A program made the translations under genes and the position numbers. DNA of 64,000 nucleotides from Squalus acanthias. Taxonomy: Eukaryota. Shown piece by piece: positions 35,957 to 49,723 of this stretch (position 1 is its first letter; every line of letters starts with the position of its first letter). The stretch is from NCBI GenBank assembly GCA_030390025.1, contig CM059425.1, positions 170,130,001 through 170,194,000 on the forward strand, read 5' to 3'. The notes below the pieces were generated by a model. The model ran no database searches and was not told the DNA's origin. It was given only the letters and a program-made list of their open reading frames with translations.

Positions 35957-37104
35957 ACATAGAAGGCTGGTAAACAAAATTGAGGCTCATGGAATAGGTG
36001 GGTCAGTGGCAGCTTGGATAAGGAATTGGCATAAGGATAGAAAACAGCAAGTTGTGATAAATGGCTTTTTTCAGACTGGTGGATGGTAGACAGTGGTGTT
36101 CCCCAAGGGCCACTGCTTTTTTTGATATATATAAATTACCTGGATGTTGGAAATAAAGTAGAATTTCTAAGTTTGCCGATGACACCAGACTTGGGGGTGT
36201 GGCAAACAGTGAGGATGATACTAATCGACTGCAGCAGGACATAGAAAGGCTAGCAGAATGGGCAGACAAGTGGCAGATGGAATTTAATACAGAGAAGTGT
36301 GAGGTGATGCATTTTGGCAGAAGGAACAGGGAGAGGCAATATATACTTAAGGGCACAGTTTTAAAGAGTGTGCAGGGACAGAGGGACCTGGGAGTTAATG
36401 TGCATAGGTCCCTGAAGGTGGCAGGACATATTGAGAGAGTGGTTAGCAAAGCATATGGGATCTTGGGCTTCATAAATAGAGGCATTGAGTACAAAAGTAG
36501 AGAAGTTATGCTGAAACTTTATAAAGTGCTGGTTAGGCCACAACTGGAGTATTGCGTCCAGTTCTGGTCACCACACTTTAGGAAGAATGTGAAGGCCCTT
36601 GAGAGGGTGCAGAGGAGATTTACCAGAATGGTTCCGGGGATGGGGGATCTTAGCTACAAGGACAGGTTGGAGAAGCTGGATTTGTTTTCATTAGAGCAAA
36701 GGAGGTTGAGGGGTGATTTGATAGAGGTGTACAACATTATGACGGGTTTGGATAGGCTAGACGGGGAAAGGTTGTTCCCGCTAGTTGATGGTACAAGGAC
36801 TAGGGGACACAGATTTAAGATTTTGGGAAAGAGGTACAGGGGGGTTTTCAGGAAAAACTTTTTTACGCAGCGAGTGGTGAGGACCAGGAACTCACTGCCG
36901 ATGGAAGTGGTGGAAACGGAGACACTCAATATTTTTAAGGGGAGACTGGATAGGCACTTCAGGGAAATAAACTTGCAGGGCTACGGGGATAGAGCGGGGG
37001 AATGGGACTGACTGGATTGCTCCACAGAGAACCGGCACGGACTCGATGGGCCGATTGGCCTCCTTCTGTGCCGTTATGACTCTATGACTCTGTGACTCTA
37101 TGAC
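35957..37104 (+). mobile_element. CR1 LINE 3' fragment nested in the outer CR1
   Basis: ORF 36199-37011 with CR1 motifs; TATGACTC-repeat tail; TGACC at both edges. Confidence 0.92.
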
Positions 37105-37239
37105 CTCCCTATTCTTCCTACCAAAATGTAATACCTCACATTTATCTGTGTTGAAATTCATTTGTCAATTATATGCCCATTCTGCAAATTTATTAATGTC
37201 CTCCTGTAATTTGTTGCATTTCTCCTCAGTATTGACTAT

Positions 37240-39010
37240 AAGAACATAAGAAATAGAAGCAGGAATAGGTCACTTGGCCCCTCGAGCCTGCTCCGCCATT
37301 CAATAAGATCATGGCTGATCTTGGGTTCAAAGCCACTTCCCTGCCCGCTCCCCATAACCCTTCACTCCCTTATCTTGCAAAAATCTGTCTATCTCCACCT
37401 TAAATGTATTAAATGACCCAGCCTCCACAGCTCTCTGCGGGAGAGAATTCCACAGATTTATGACCCTCAGAGAGAAGAAATTCCTCCTCATCTCAGTTCT
37501 AAAGGGGTGACCCTTTATTCTGAAACTATGCCCCCGAGTTCTAGATTTCCCCACAAGGGGAAACATCCTCTCTGCATCTACCTTGTCGAGCCCCCTCAGT
37601 ATCTTATATGTTTCAATAAGATCACCTCTCATTCTTCTAAATTCCAATGAGTATAGACCCAACCTGCTCAACCTTTCCTCATAAGTCAACCCCTCATCTC
37701 TGGAATTAACCTAGTGAATCGTCTCTGAACTGCCTCCAATGCAAGTATATCCTTCCTTAAATAAGGAGACCAAAACTGTACGCAGTACTCAAGGTGTGGT
37801 CTCACCAATACCTTGTACAGTTGTAGCAGGACTTCCCTGCTTTTATACTCCAACCCCTTTGAAATAAAGGCCAACATTCCATTTGCCTTTTTGATTACTT
37901 GCTATACCTGCATGCTAACTTTTTGTGTTTCATGCACAAGGATCTCCAGGTCCCTCTGAACTGTAGCATTTTGTAATCTCTCTCCATTTAAATAATAATT
38001 TGTTTTTTTATTTTTCCTGCCAAAGTGGATAACCTCGCACTTTCCCACATTATACTCCATCTGCCAAATGTTTGCCCACTCACTTAGCCTGTCTATATCC
38101 ATTTGAAGATTCTTTGAGTCCTCTGCACAACTTGCTTTCCCACCCATCTTTGTATCATCCGCAAACTTGGCTACATTACACTCGGTCCTTTCATCTAAGT
38201 CATTAATGTAGATTGTAAATAGTTGAGGCCCCAGCACCGATCCCTGTGGCACCCCACTAGTTACCGTTTGCCAACCGGAAAATGACCCATTTATCCCGAC
38301 TCTCTGCTTTCTGTTAGTAAACCAATTCTCTATCCATGCTCATATATTACCTCCAACTCCGTGAACTCTTATCTTATGCAGTAACCTTTTATGTGGCACC
38401 TTATCGAATGCCTTTTGGAAATCCAAATACACTGGCTCACTTTTGTCCACCCTGCTCGTTACATCCTCAAAGAACTCCAGCAAATTTGTTAAACATGATT
38501 TCCCTTTCATAAAACCATGCTGACTCTCCTTGACTGCATTATGATTTTCCAAATGCCCTGCTACTGCTTCCTTAATGAAGGACTCCAGCATTTTCCCAAC
38601 GACAGATGTTAGGCTAACTGGTCTATAGTTTCCTCCTTTCTGTCTCCCTCCTTTCTTAAATAGGGGTGTTTCTTCTGCGGTTTTCCAATCCGCTGGGACC
38701 TCTCCAGAGTCCAGGGAATTTTGGTATATTGCAACCAATGCATCCACTATCTCTGCAGCCACTTCTTTTAAGACCCTGGGATGCAGGCCATCCGGTCCAG
38801 GGGACTTGTCATCTTTTATTCCCATTATTTTACCAAGTACTTTTTCCTTAGTGATAGTGGTTGTCTTTAGTTCCCCCCTCCCTGTGGCCCCTTGGTTATC
38901 CATTATTGGGATGTTGTTAGTTTCTTCTACTGTGAAGACTGATACAAAATATTTGTTCAGAGTCTCTGCCATTCAGAGCCTCTGCCATTTCCCCATTCCC
39001 CATTATTATT
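37240..39010 (-). mobile_element. CR1 LINE 3' ~1.8 kb nested in the outer CR1
   Basis: ORFs 37327-38972 with NYRPVSLTSVVGK, PQGSVLGP, KFADDTK. Confidence 0.93.
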
Positions 39011-40471
39011 CTATCCCCCCCCCCAATTTGGTGTCATCCGCAAATTTAGAAATTGTGTTTTTGATTCCAAAGTCTAAATCGTTAATATAAATTGTGAACA
39101 ACAGTGGTCCCAGCACTTATCCTTGTGGAACACCGCTACCCACCTTCTGCCACTGTGAATAGCTACCCTTTACCTCTACTCTTTGCTTTCTGTCTTGAAG
39201 CTATCCAATCTGCTAGTTGTCCCCTGACTCCGCATTCTCTGACCTTATTCATTTGTCTATTATGTGGTACCTTATTGAAGGCCTTTTGAAAATCTAGATA
39301 AATTACATCTACTGCATTACCCTTGTCTACTCTCTCTGTTACCTCTTCAAAACATTCAATGAGGTTGGTCAAGCAAGACTTTCCCTTTTGAAATCCATGC
39401 TGACTATTCTTTATTTATTTTTGGCTTCTAGATGTTCTTCTATTTTCTCCTTTAGTAGGGATTCCATTATTTTTCCTAACACTGATGTTAAGCTGACTGG
39501 TCTATAGTTCCCTGGACATGTTCTATCTCCCTTCTTAAATATAGGTATTACGTTAGCTATCCACCAGTCCTCTGGCACTGCACCTTTTTTTAACGAATTA
39601 TTAAATTCTTTCGATTAGTCACTTTACTGCCTACTGGACTCAACATCGAGTTCAACAATTTCAGACCATAAACTCTGCCCCTATTTTTCCAGATGACAGC
39701 TGTTGGTAATGATTCTGCTACTCCCATTTACACCTCTTCTAGACCCATCTTTTGTTTCTTTACTTGTCCCATTACCATCTCCTTTTGCTTTGTACAATCA
39801 TACCTTTTGTCATTTAATCTCTCCTGCCTTCCACTCTATCACAGTCCTTCCCTTTTGTTCTTTCCTCCCCTCCCTCCTTTCCCTGCCCCTGCACTTGCTT
39901 AAAACATGCTATATCTCTAACTTTTTCCTGTTCTGACGAAAGGTCATCGACCTAAAACGTTTACTCTGTTTCTCTCTCTTCATAGATGCTGCCTGAACTG
40001 CTGAGAATTTCCAGCATTTTCTGTTTTATTATAGACTTATTTTAATGAGTGTCTTACTCTTAGCTTTATAAAATACACAAGATGACAGTGTTCAAGGTCA
40101 ATGAAAAGTACCAAATACCTCACAGCATCATGTGTTACTCACTCCTAAAGTAGAAAGCTCCATCACAGATATAGGCACTCCAAGGAGGGGAATGCTAGTG
40201 AGTTCCATGAAGAAGCACTTGGTGAAGCACAGAGCATGAATGAGAAGGAGTGAGTGCAAGTGGATTTGTAGGAGATGCAACCTGTTGACTACAGGGCCAT
40301 CTTAAGGCCTTCTTTAGCTCCTGATCCCAAGGGTTTGCACCTCATCGAGCCTGTCTACAAGTGCAGTTGGGAGCTCAGAATGAGCACTCCGCAGAGTCAT
40401 TGAAACTGTGCCAAGCAGCATGAATAGTTTGGGGTGTCTATGGAAGTGTACAGTAGCCCAGTAGTTATGGT

Positions 40472-40992
40472 ACTGAAGTCCCTCATCCCTGGAACCATTC
40501 TTGTAAATCTTTTCTGCACCCTCTCTAAGGCCTTCACATCCTTCAGTTATGTGGATAGACTCGAGAAGCTGGGGTTGTTCTCCTTAGAGCAGAGAAGGTT
40601 GAGAGTAGATTTTATAGAGGTGTTCAAACTCATGAGGGGCCTAGACAGAGTAGATAGAGAGAAACTGTTCCCATTGGCGGAAGGGTTGAGAACCAGAGGA
40701 CACAGATTTAAAGTGATTGGCAAAAGAACCAAAGGTGGCATGAGGAAAAAAAATGTTACGCAGCGAGTGGTTAGGATCTGGAATGCACTACCTGAAAGGG
40801 TGGTGAAGGCAGACTGAATCATGGCTTTCAAAAGGGAATTGGATAAGTAGCTGAAGGAAAAAAATTTGCAGGGCTACGGGGAAGGGCGGGGGAGTGGGAC
40901 TAGCTGAAGTGTTCTTGCAGAGAGCCGGCACGGGCTCGATGGGCCGAATGGTCTCCATCTGTGCTGTAACCATTCTATGATTCTATGACTCT
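40472..40992 (+). mobile_element. CR1 3' fragment with a short 5' inversion (40472-~40543)
   Basis: The inverted piece ends exactly where the direct piece begins (shared CTTCAGT). Confidence 0.85.
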
Positions 40993-43900
40993 ACTCACAT
41001 TGACCACACATATAAGACAATAACCTTCTTAAAAAAGAGGAGGAAGAAAGCATCGCATCACTACATCTGTCACTCGCAGACACCAGCTGAGAAACTGGCA
41101 CTACGCATATTTCATGAGGCTAGTGTAGAAGCGGGATTTGCAAAGGTTGATGCACCGGGCATGAGTGGGCTGCAGCAAGGCCAGGGGGAAAGGGTAGCTC
41201 GGCGGCCAGCTCCCTAGAGGGTGAGTTAACGCGTGAGTTCAAATGATGACCTCGATGGAGCAGCCTTCAGAAGAAGGGTGATGGGCATGCACACCGAATT
41301 GATGGGTGCAATGGCAAGACTGCCAGAGAGCATCTCAGCAATGTGAAGCGGCGTGGAGGAGTCCGCCTCCAACATTGCAAGGGCTCTGCGCAGAGCTTGG
41401 AGCCCAGGATTTCCAGCCTGGAAATGATGGTACACTCCCAAAGAGGCCGTGTCAACCCCGATGTGATGGTGCGCATGATGGGCGATGTCGCAGCTTCCGT
41501 TGAAGTACAGGCGGAAGCGACTCAACATCTTAGTGCTGCAGCGGAAGTTCAGACACTCATGCCGTCTCTGCTTGGTGTCATCAAAACTCAGACCGCTGTC
41601 ATGCAATCCCAGCTTGACACCACCCAAACTCTGACTGCTGCCATCGTGGCTGGGTTTACAAGGGGTTTGCAGGGTGTCGCAGCAGCCCAGTAATCTGTGC
41701 TCCAACAGATTGCTAGGAATGCTGAGACGTCGCCCCAGGGGAGTGGCAGTGGGTCAGTGGAGCAGGACCCTCTTGTCCTCTCTCAAGATGACAGCATTCC
41801 TGTTCCCACCATTGCTACTCCGCCATTGCCCTTGTTGCTGCCTGTCAGCCAGCCAGCCCAGACTGCTGCCGCCCATGCCGAGGTGGTGCAGTCGACAGCC
41901 GGGCCTTCTAGGGCCACAGCTGCTCGAGGTCATCTTGCAAAGCCATCTGAAGTCTCCCGCTTGGAAACTTACCAGCCTTCCACCAGCCATGCTGCAGCCA
42001 TTGGATGAGCACTTTTTGGAGCACTAGAATAGAAAAAGGCACACGAGTGACAGGAACTAAGGAAATGCACAAGGGTGATTAGTTAATATTTTTCCTGTAA
42101 ATATGCGTTAACTGATTTTTGATAAATTTATTAATTTTGTTTGGACTCTTTTGTGGTGTCTCTCATTTCAGCTTTGTGCCCAGGAGGACGCTGTGATATT
42201 CCATGACACAGGGATGGTATGATGGGGATGTGGTGAGCAATGGGGATCTGGGGTTTCATTCATTGGAATTGGAGTCTGATGAGCCAATCACGGACAGCCT
42301 GTCCAGAAGAGCGAATGGCTGCCTGCCTCCTCCCTCCCTCTTCTTCCTCTTCTTCTTGCTCCTCGTCCTCTTCCTCCTTGTCCTCCTCCTCCTCCTCCTC
42401 CTAAGCCTCTTCCTCATTATCCTCCTGAGGTGGTGCCATAATCCCATGATGTCCAAGTTGTGGAGCATGCAGCAGACCACCATGAAATGGGACACCCACT
42501 CTGCCGAGTACTGGAGGGCTTCTCCCAAGCGGCCAAGGCAGCGGAACCGTTGCTTCAGTAGCCCAAAGGTCTGCTCAATGATGTTCCCGATGGAAGCATG
42601 GCTCTCATTATATGAGTGCTGGACACGAGTGTTGGTTTACAGAGGGATGTCATCAGTCAGGTGTAGAGTGGATAGCCCTTGTCTCAGAGCAGCCACTCTC
42701 GAGTTTGCTGCAGTGGCTGGAAGATTGTTGGCACACCGGACTGATGTAGGATGAAGGCATCATGACTGCTGCCAGGATAGCGAGCATTGACATTGAGGAA
42801 TCGCTGGGCGTGGTCGCATACCACCTGCACATTAAGTGAGTGGCAGCCTTTGCAGTTATGGAACAGTTCAGGATTGTTATGCGGCGCCCGCAAAGCCACG
42901 TGTGTGCAGTCAACGGCACCCTGCACCATGGGGAAGCCCGCTATCCTGGCAAAGCTAGTCCCTTCTCCTTGTGTAGAGAGACTCACTGACCTCCCGGATG
43001 CAGCGATGGACGGTGAACTGTGAGATGTTAGCTACGTCTCCTGCTGCAGACCAGAAGGATCCAGTGACGAAGAAATTAAGGGCCACGGTGATCTTGACTG
43101 ACACTGGAAAAGCCGTGGTCGCCCTGCTCTCAGGCTGCAGGTCTGGTTGCAGGAGTTTCAGAGTTTTTTTATTCGTTCCTGGAATGTGGGCGCCACTGGC
43201 AAGGCCAGCATTTATTGCCCATCCCTAATTCCTCTTGAGGAGGTGGTGGGGAGCCGCCTTCTTGAACCGTTGGAGTTCGTGTGGTGAAGGTACTCCCATA
43301 GTGCTGTCAGGTAGGGAGTTGCAGGATTTTGACCCAGTGACAATGAAGGAACGGAGATATATTTCCAGGTCAGGATGGTGTGTAACTTGGAGGGGAACTT
43401 GCAGGTGATGGTGTTCCCATGCACCTGCTGCCCTTGTCCATCTAGGTGGTAGAGGTCGCGGGTTTGGGAAGTGCTGTCAAAGAAGCCTTGACGAGTTACT
43501 GCAGTGCATCTTGTAGATGGTATATGCTGCAGACACAGTGCGCTGGTGGTGAATTTTTAAGGTGGTGGAAACCAGTGCCAATCAAGCGGGCTGCTTTGTC
43601 CTGGATGGTGTTGAGATTCTTGAGTGTTGTCAGATCTGCATTCATCCAGGGAAGCGGAGAGTATTCCATCACACTCCTGACTTGTGCCTTGTAGATGGTG
43701 GAAAGGCTTTGGGGAGTCAGGAAGTGGGACACTCGCCGCAGAATACCCAGCCTCTGAGCTGCTCTTGTAGCCACAGTATTTATGTGGCTGGTCCAGTTAA
43801 GTTTCCGGTCAATGGTGACCCCCAGGATGTTGATGATGGAGGATTCGGCGATGGTAATGCCGTTGAATGTCAAGGGGCAGTGGTTAGACTCTCGCTTGTT

Positions 43901-45434
43901 GGAGATAGTCATTGCCTGGCACTTCTGTGGCACGAATGTTACCTGCCACTTATCAGCCCAAGCCTGAATGTCGTTCAGGTCTTGTTGCATGCGGGCATGG
44001 ACTGCTTCATTATCTGAGGAGTTGTGAAAGGCGCTGAACACTGTGCAGTCATCAGCGAACATACCCATTTCTGACCCTATGTTGAAGGGAAGGTCATTGA
44101 TGAAGCAGCTGAAGATCATTGGGCCTAGGACACTGCCCTGAGGAACTCCTGCAGCGATGTCCTGGGGCTGTGATGATTGACCTCCAACAATCACAACCAT
44201 CTTCCTTTGTGCTAGGTCTGACTCCAGCCAGTGGAGTGTTTTCCCCCTGATTCCCATTGACTTCAGTTTTACTAGGGCTCCTTGATGCCACACTCGGTCA
44301 AATGCTGCCTTGATGTCAAGGGCAGTCACTCTCACCTCACCTCTGGAATTCAGCTCCTTTGTCTATGTTTGGACCAAGGCTGTAATACGGTCTGGAGCTA
44401 GTGGTCCTGGTGGAACCCAAACTGAGCATTGGTGAGCAGGTTATTGGTGAGTAAGTGCCACTTGATAGCACTGTCGATAACACCTTCCATAACTTTGCTG
44501 ATGATTGAGAATAGACTGATGGGGCGGTAATTGGCCAGATTGGATTTTACCTGCTTTTTGTGGACAAGATATACCTGAACAGTTTTCCACATTGTTGGGT
44601 AGATGCCAGTGTTGTAGTTATACTGGAACAGCTTGGCTAGAGGTGCGGCTAGTTCTGGAAAACAAGTCTTCAGCATGACAGCCGGAATGTTGTCGAAGAT
44701 TCTGTGACCACCTCCTTGGTGAAGCGTAGCCTCCAATACACTGCTCCTTGCTTAAGTGGAGGTAGGAGAGGTGCTCTCGGAAGACTCTAGGTGGGTGACG
44801 CCTCCTGTTGAGAGCCCTCCTGTCCCTCCTCCTCCTCCCTCTGCGTGCATCTTCTCACCTTCTTCACTGCCTCTGCTCCCTCTGCCGAAGTCCCTGGAGC
44901 GCAAGGTCGCCTGCCAGTACAGCCTCCATGACTGTGATCAAGTGTTGTGAGCAGAAGCCTTTAAAAAATAATGAAGGCATTCTGCATTCGCAACAACATT
45001 CCCTGTTACCTTAGAACCTTGAAAGAAGTTAATAAAGCAGGTGGAGTTACAGAAAGCAGCACAGAGCCAATCAAACTGAAGAAACATGTCAGGTACAAGT
45101 GATTGCTGATGATCCCTTTAAATACCATTGCTGGCGCCTCCTTCCTGCTTCTCAACGCTTGCTCTTCCTGTCATTGTTAAGGCATGCCAGTAAGTGCAGC
45201 GGTGAAATGCAATGTCGCAGATCGGGCATCAAGTGAGCGTTGCGCACTCACTGACATCACGATCTGCTTAATTTCAATCATTTCAGTGATCGCTTCTATC
45301 GGCAGCGCTGCCAGCCATCCCAAAATGGCAGCCGCCACGGGACCCTCCGCCAGCTGGCAGAAGACCAGCAGCTGCAATTTTTTCACCCAATTATGGTGGT
45401 AACGGGTGGCGTTCAATACCCGAATTGCTAGGCC
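40993..45434 (-). mobile_element. Degraded, one-ended Harbinger: Myb exon 3 on plus (~41000-42080), transposase on minus (~42258-44930), split by a LINE
   Basis: FARIAGFPMVQGAVDCTHVAL, SLNVQVVCD, SSHDAFIL, ALQYS..VVCCMLHN; AAHAEVVQSTAGPSR matches the near-intact Myb gene; putative TIR AATTGCTAGGCC. Confidence 0.82.
43164..44697 (-). mobile_element. LINE of a second CR1/L2-group lineage, 3' 1.5 kb, inserted in the Harbinger transposase
   Basis: NYRPISLFS, ALDIKAAFDRVWH, GVPQGSVLGP, FADD, YKAQVRSVMEY; A-rich 3' end at ~43164. Confidence 0.9.
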
Positions 45435-48269
45435 ATTGAGAATTTGCCCTGGTGATCAGCAGGCAAGTCAGAAATGTCCAATTACCGAACACTTGTTTCA
45501 CCAATCTTAGTTCTGGAACAAAAGATTAAATCTGCATTCGAACTCCAGGCAATGACGAATTCTAGAAGTAAGCGCCACAAGAAGCTTTATGGTTGGTATT
45601 CCAATATTTCGGCTTGACACAGCATGCAGATAGCTGCAGTAAATCTTATATTGACATTCATTCACCATTCAGATATCTAAGTACAGTCTGCCCTCCTTAA
45701 GGCCATCCCAGTTACTCAGATGGATACATTAGATTGTTGGCACTCAGAGGAATATGTCTCAGTTAATCTAGTTGCTAGCCAGGATATTGTCATATGATAT
45801 GATAACCAGGTGTTTCATCTAATGGAAAGACTTTTACTGTTTTGCTTATCTTGCTCAAATCACACCTCCTGCTAGCTGGACACAAAGAAGCATTATCAGC
45901 AGGCATGGAGAGGTCCACAGCAACCACCACATCAACTAACTGCACCCTGTACAACAACAAAATTGAAATTATTGGCAAGAATATGCATGAGGTAAAATCT
46001 TCCTCTTTCATTTATGTTTCATTCATCTGTTGTGTTGAAAGGGCTTATGTGATCCTCTGGTTAGATATTAGGGTTTCAACCAGGGTATCCCTGGTTTCAA
46101 TCCCCTCACTAACAAAAAAATTCGACCCAAATAATCTCCTTGAGGAAGGAACTCACTGTAAGTGCATCCTATCTATCAGCTGTTAACTGCCTACCAGCAT
46201 TACTGGGGAGTCTACAGGAGTCCTTTGTGGAAAGATTGGCCCCATCTGCAGGAATTACATGATCCTGACCAAGCACCAATGAACAGGAGAATGGCACTCA
46301 CTCTATGGCTCGCCTTTGATTAAGGATTGGCAGTGGGCAACATTTTTGACCTGTTTGTTTTGCATATCAGAAAAGCTAAAGCATGATTAATTTTTGTGTT
46401 TCTAATATAACATAATAGAAAAAATAGGAGCAGGAGTAGGCCATTCGGCCCTTCGAGCCTGCTCCGCCATTCAATATGATCATGGCTGATCCTCTATCTC
46501 AACACCATATTCCCGCTCTCTCCCCATATCCCTTGATGCCTTTTGTGTCTGGAAATCTATCGATCTCCTTCTTAAATATATTCAGTGACTTGGCCTCCAC
46601 AACCTTCTGTGGTAGAGAATTCCACAGGTTCACCACCCTCTGAGTGAAGAAATTTCTCCTCATCTCAGTCCTAAATGTCCTACCCTGTATCCTGAGACTG
46701 TGACCCCTCGTTCTAGACCCCTCAGCCAGGGGAAACATCCTCCCTGCATCCAGTCTGTCTAGCCCTGTCAGAATTTTATACATTTCAATGAGATCCCCTC
46801 TCATTTATCTAAACTCTAGTGAATACAGGCCTAGTCAACCCAATCTCTCCTCATACAACACTCCTGCCATCCCAGGAATCAGTCTGGTGAACCTTCGCTG
46901 TACTCCCTCTAAAGCAAGTATATCCTTTGTTAGGTAAGGAGACCAAAACTGCACACAGTACTCCAGGTGTGGTCTCACCAAGTCCCTGTACAACTGTAGT
47001 AAGACATCCTTGCTCCTGTACTCAAACCCTCTTGCAATGAAGGCCAACATACCATTTGCCTTCCTAACTGCTTGCTGCACCTGCATGTTTGCTTTCAGTG
47101 ACTGGTGTACAAGGACACCCAGGTCCCTTTGTACATCAGCATTTCCCAGTCTAGCACCATTTAAATAATACTCTGCCTTTCTGTTTTTCCTACCGAAGTG
47201 GATAACCTCACATTTATCCACGTTATACTGCATCTTCCATGTATTTGCCCACTCACTCAACTTGTCTAAATCGCCTTGAAGCCTCTTTGCATCCTCCTCA
47301 CAACTCACAATCCCACCTAGTTTCGTGTCGTCAGCAAACTTGGAAATATTACATCCAAATCATTGATATATATTGTGAATAGCTGGGGCCCATGCACTGA
47401 TCCCTGCTGTACCCCACTAGTCACCGCCTGCCACCCCGAAAAAGACCCATTTATTCCTACTCTCTGTTTCCTGTCTGTTAACCAATTTTCAATCCATGCC
47501 AGTATATTACCCCTAATCCCATGTGCGTTCATTTTGCACACTAACCTCTTATGTGGGACTTTATCAAAGGCCTTCTGAAAATCCAAATACACCACATCCA
47601 CTGGTTCTCCCTTATCTATTCTACCAGTTACATCCTCAAAAAACTCCAGTAGGTTTGTCAAACATGATCTCCCTTTCATAAATCCATGTTGGCTTTGTCT
47701 AATCCCGTTGATATTTTCTAAGTGTCCTGTTATCACATCCTTTATAATAGACTCTAGGGGGTAAAAATTCACTTGGTTGCGCCTCCCGTTAGCGCCTTAA
47801 GAGGGCGCTAATGGGGCGTTAAGCCGCTAACGCCCGGGCGCAGCGCTGTTTGCGCCGCTCGAGAACTTAACTTGAGATTGTGCGGCGGCGCTAAAACTTA
47901 CCGCTGCGACCACCTGCGCGCGCAGATTGTGACGTCATTCCATGGTGCAACGCCCTTGGGGCGCCCCGGAGCGGAAATTGAGTGGCGCCCCCTGCCTTAC
48001 CGCCTGGCGCTTCCAACGACCGGAAGACTGGAACGTTATCAATCGGTGTGGGGCTGGGGGGGGCGCTATTTAAAGGGGGCCTCTTCCTGTCTTTTTCTGT
48101 GGTCGACATTTATGCACCACTCATTCTGAGAGAGAGAGAGAGATTCGGAGAGAGAGAGAGAGAGACTTCTACATTGACTCAACGCTTTGTGAGGTAGTTT
48201 TGCCTAGTTCATCCTAACTTTGTTGCTACTTTAGTTGCTGTACCTCATTACTTTTCTGGCAAAGAGAAT

Positions 48270-49385
48270 ATGGGGGCTGCAATGATTGGGGGCGTCGTCC
48301 TGCTCCAGCTGAATCGGAGGATACCGAGATGCAGACAGAGAGTGGCAATGATGGCCAGACGGAGGAGGGCCATCAGGCGCATGTACAGGAGAGCTTACCC
48401 TCCCAGGGTATATCGTGAACAGCTCTCCTACATCCATATGTCCGAGGAGCTGTGTTTGCGAAGGCTGCGATTCAGCAAGGAGGTGGTCACTGAGCTCTGC
48501 CACCTGCTGCAGCCAGATCTGCAGCCTCAGCTGAGGTCCAGGACGTCTCTGTCGGTGGCAGTGAAGGTCACAGTGGCTTTGAACTTCTACGCCACTGGCT
48601 CATTCCAAGCTGCTGTTGGGGACCTCGCCAATATCTCCCAGTTTGCGGTGCATCGCTGCATCCGGCAGGTCACCAATGCCCTCTTCAGAAGGAGACGAGA
48701 CTTCATCTCTTTCCCTATGACCCCAGACAAGCAGCGTGACCGTGCTCTGGGCTTTGCGAGGGTAGCGGGCTTCCCCATGGTGCAGGGCGCCATTGACTGC
48801 ACGCATGTGGCTTTGCGTGCTCCGCGAGAGAATGCAGAGGAATTCAGGAACAGAAAGGGGTTCCATTCCTTGAATGTGCAGTTGGTCTGTGACCACAGAC
48901 AGGTGATACTCGCTGTCAATGCCCACTATCCGGGCAGCTGCCACGATGGTTTCATCCTGCGCCAGACTACTGTGGCAGAAGTTTTCGAGGCACCGCATCA
49001 GCCAGTTGGTTGGCTTCTCGGGGACAAGGGGTACGCATTGAGCACCTGGCTGATGACACCGCTCCGTACGCCAAACACCCCTGCTGAGCTGCGGTACAAT
49101 GAAAGCCATCAAGCAACCAGGAACATTATTGAGCGCACAATCGGCGTGCTGAAACAACGGTTCCGCTGTCTGGACCATTCCGGAGGAGCCCTGCAGTACT
49201 CGCCTGAGCAAGTTTCGAACTTCGTAGTCGTGTGCTGCATGTTGCACAACATGGCAATCCTCAGGACCCAGCCAATGCCACCAGGCCTTGGAGCACCACC
49301 AGAGGAGGAGGAGGAAGAGGAGGAAGAGGACGAGGATGATGATCATCAGCAGCACCAAGGCAGGAGGGCGGCCCACAATGGTTAA
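48270..49385 (+). CDS. Harbinger DDE transposase (HARBI1-like family; ancestral stop probably 49430)
   Basis: GAIDCTH, NRKGFHSLNVQLVCD, PGSCHD, LLGDKGY, RNIIERTIGVLKQRFRCL, CCMLHN, acidic tail. Confidence 0.95.
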   Translation: MGAAMIGGVVLLQLNRRIPRCRQRVAMMARRRRAIRRMYRRAYPPRVYREQLSYIHMSEELCLRRLRFSKEVVTELCHLLQPDLQPQLRSRTSLSVAVKVTVALNFYATGSFQAAVGDLANISQFAVHRCIRQVTNALFRRRRDFISFPMTPDKQRDRALGFARVAGFPMVQGAIDCTHVALRAPRENAEEFRNRKGFHSLNVQLVCDHRQVILAVNAHYPGSCHDGFILRQTTVAEVFEAPHQPVGWLLGDKGYALSTWLMTPLRTPNTPAELRYNESHQATRNIIERTIGVLKQRFRCLDHSGGALQYSPEQVSNFVVVCCMLHNMAILRTQPMPPGLGAPPEEEEEEEEEDEDDDHQQHQGRRAAHNG

Positions 49386-49723
49386 ACTGCAAGGGCCGTC
49401 CGTCAACGACTAACAGCAAGCCGCTTCTAGGGCCCCTGCCATTGCTACAAACACTAATCAACCCAGCACGCAACCCCTAAGCCGGCCAAGGCACCAATAA
49501 TTCCAACCACCAGCCATGTATATTTTGAATACAGAAACTTATTTATTTTACAAACTCTGTGTGTGTCAATTCCTCATGACAAACTCATAGAAATAAACAC
49601 AAAAAAAAGTCAATAACATAACTGGTTCTCACAACCTGGAGATAATGTCCAAAACACTAAACAAAAGTTGGACCATGAACCTCGGCCTTTAATAAAAAAA
49701 TGACCAGCATTTTGGCACACCTC

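Larger units (their letters stand above)
34330..39606 (-). mobile_element. CR1 (outer), in pieces 34330-34670, 35517-35956, 37105-37239 and ~39011-39606
   Basis: Collinear CR1 ORF2 segments resume after each insert; GGATTACATA-repeat tail at ~34335. Confidence 0.85.
33619..40032 (+). mobile_element. Penelope-like element (family B) split into 33619-34329 and 39607-40032 by a nested CR1 stack
   Basis: FFLNRGFP, VPLVLTFHP, VACHFN...EEQRLI joins FRL...GLNIEFNNF as in the contiguous copy at 52905-53225; TSD AGACTTATTTTA (33607-33618 and 40033-40044). Confidence 0.85.

Noticed and set aside
45790..45946. Possible minus-strand exon after TTGTTGTACAG (VQLVDVVVAVDLSMP...)
   Set aside because: No convincing donor, no recognisable homology, no partner exons
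48270..49385. Domesticated host gene HARBI1 (with NAIF1 opposite)
   Set aside because: Flanked by TIRs and a TSD, inserted inside a CR1, with multiple relatives nearby: a transposon copy
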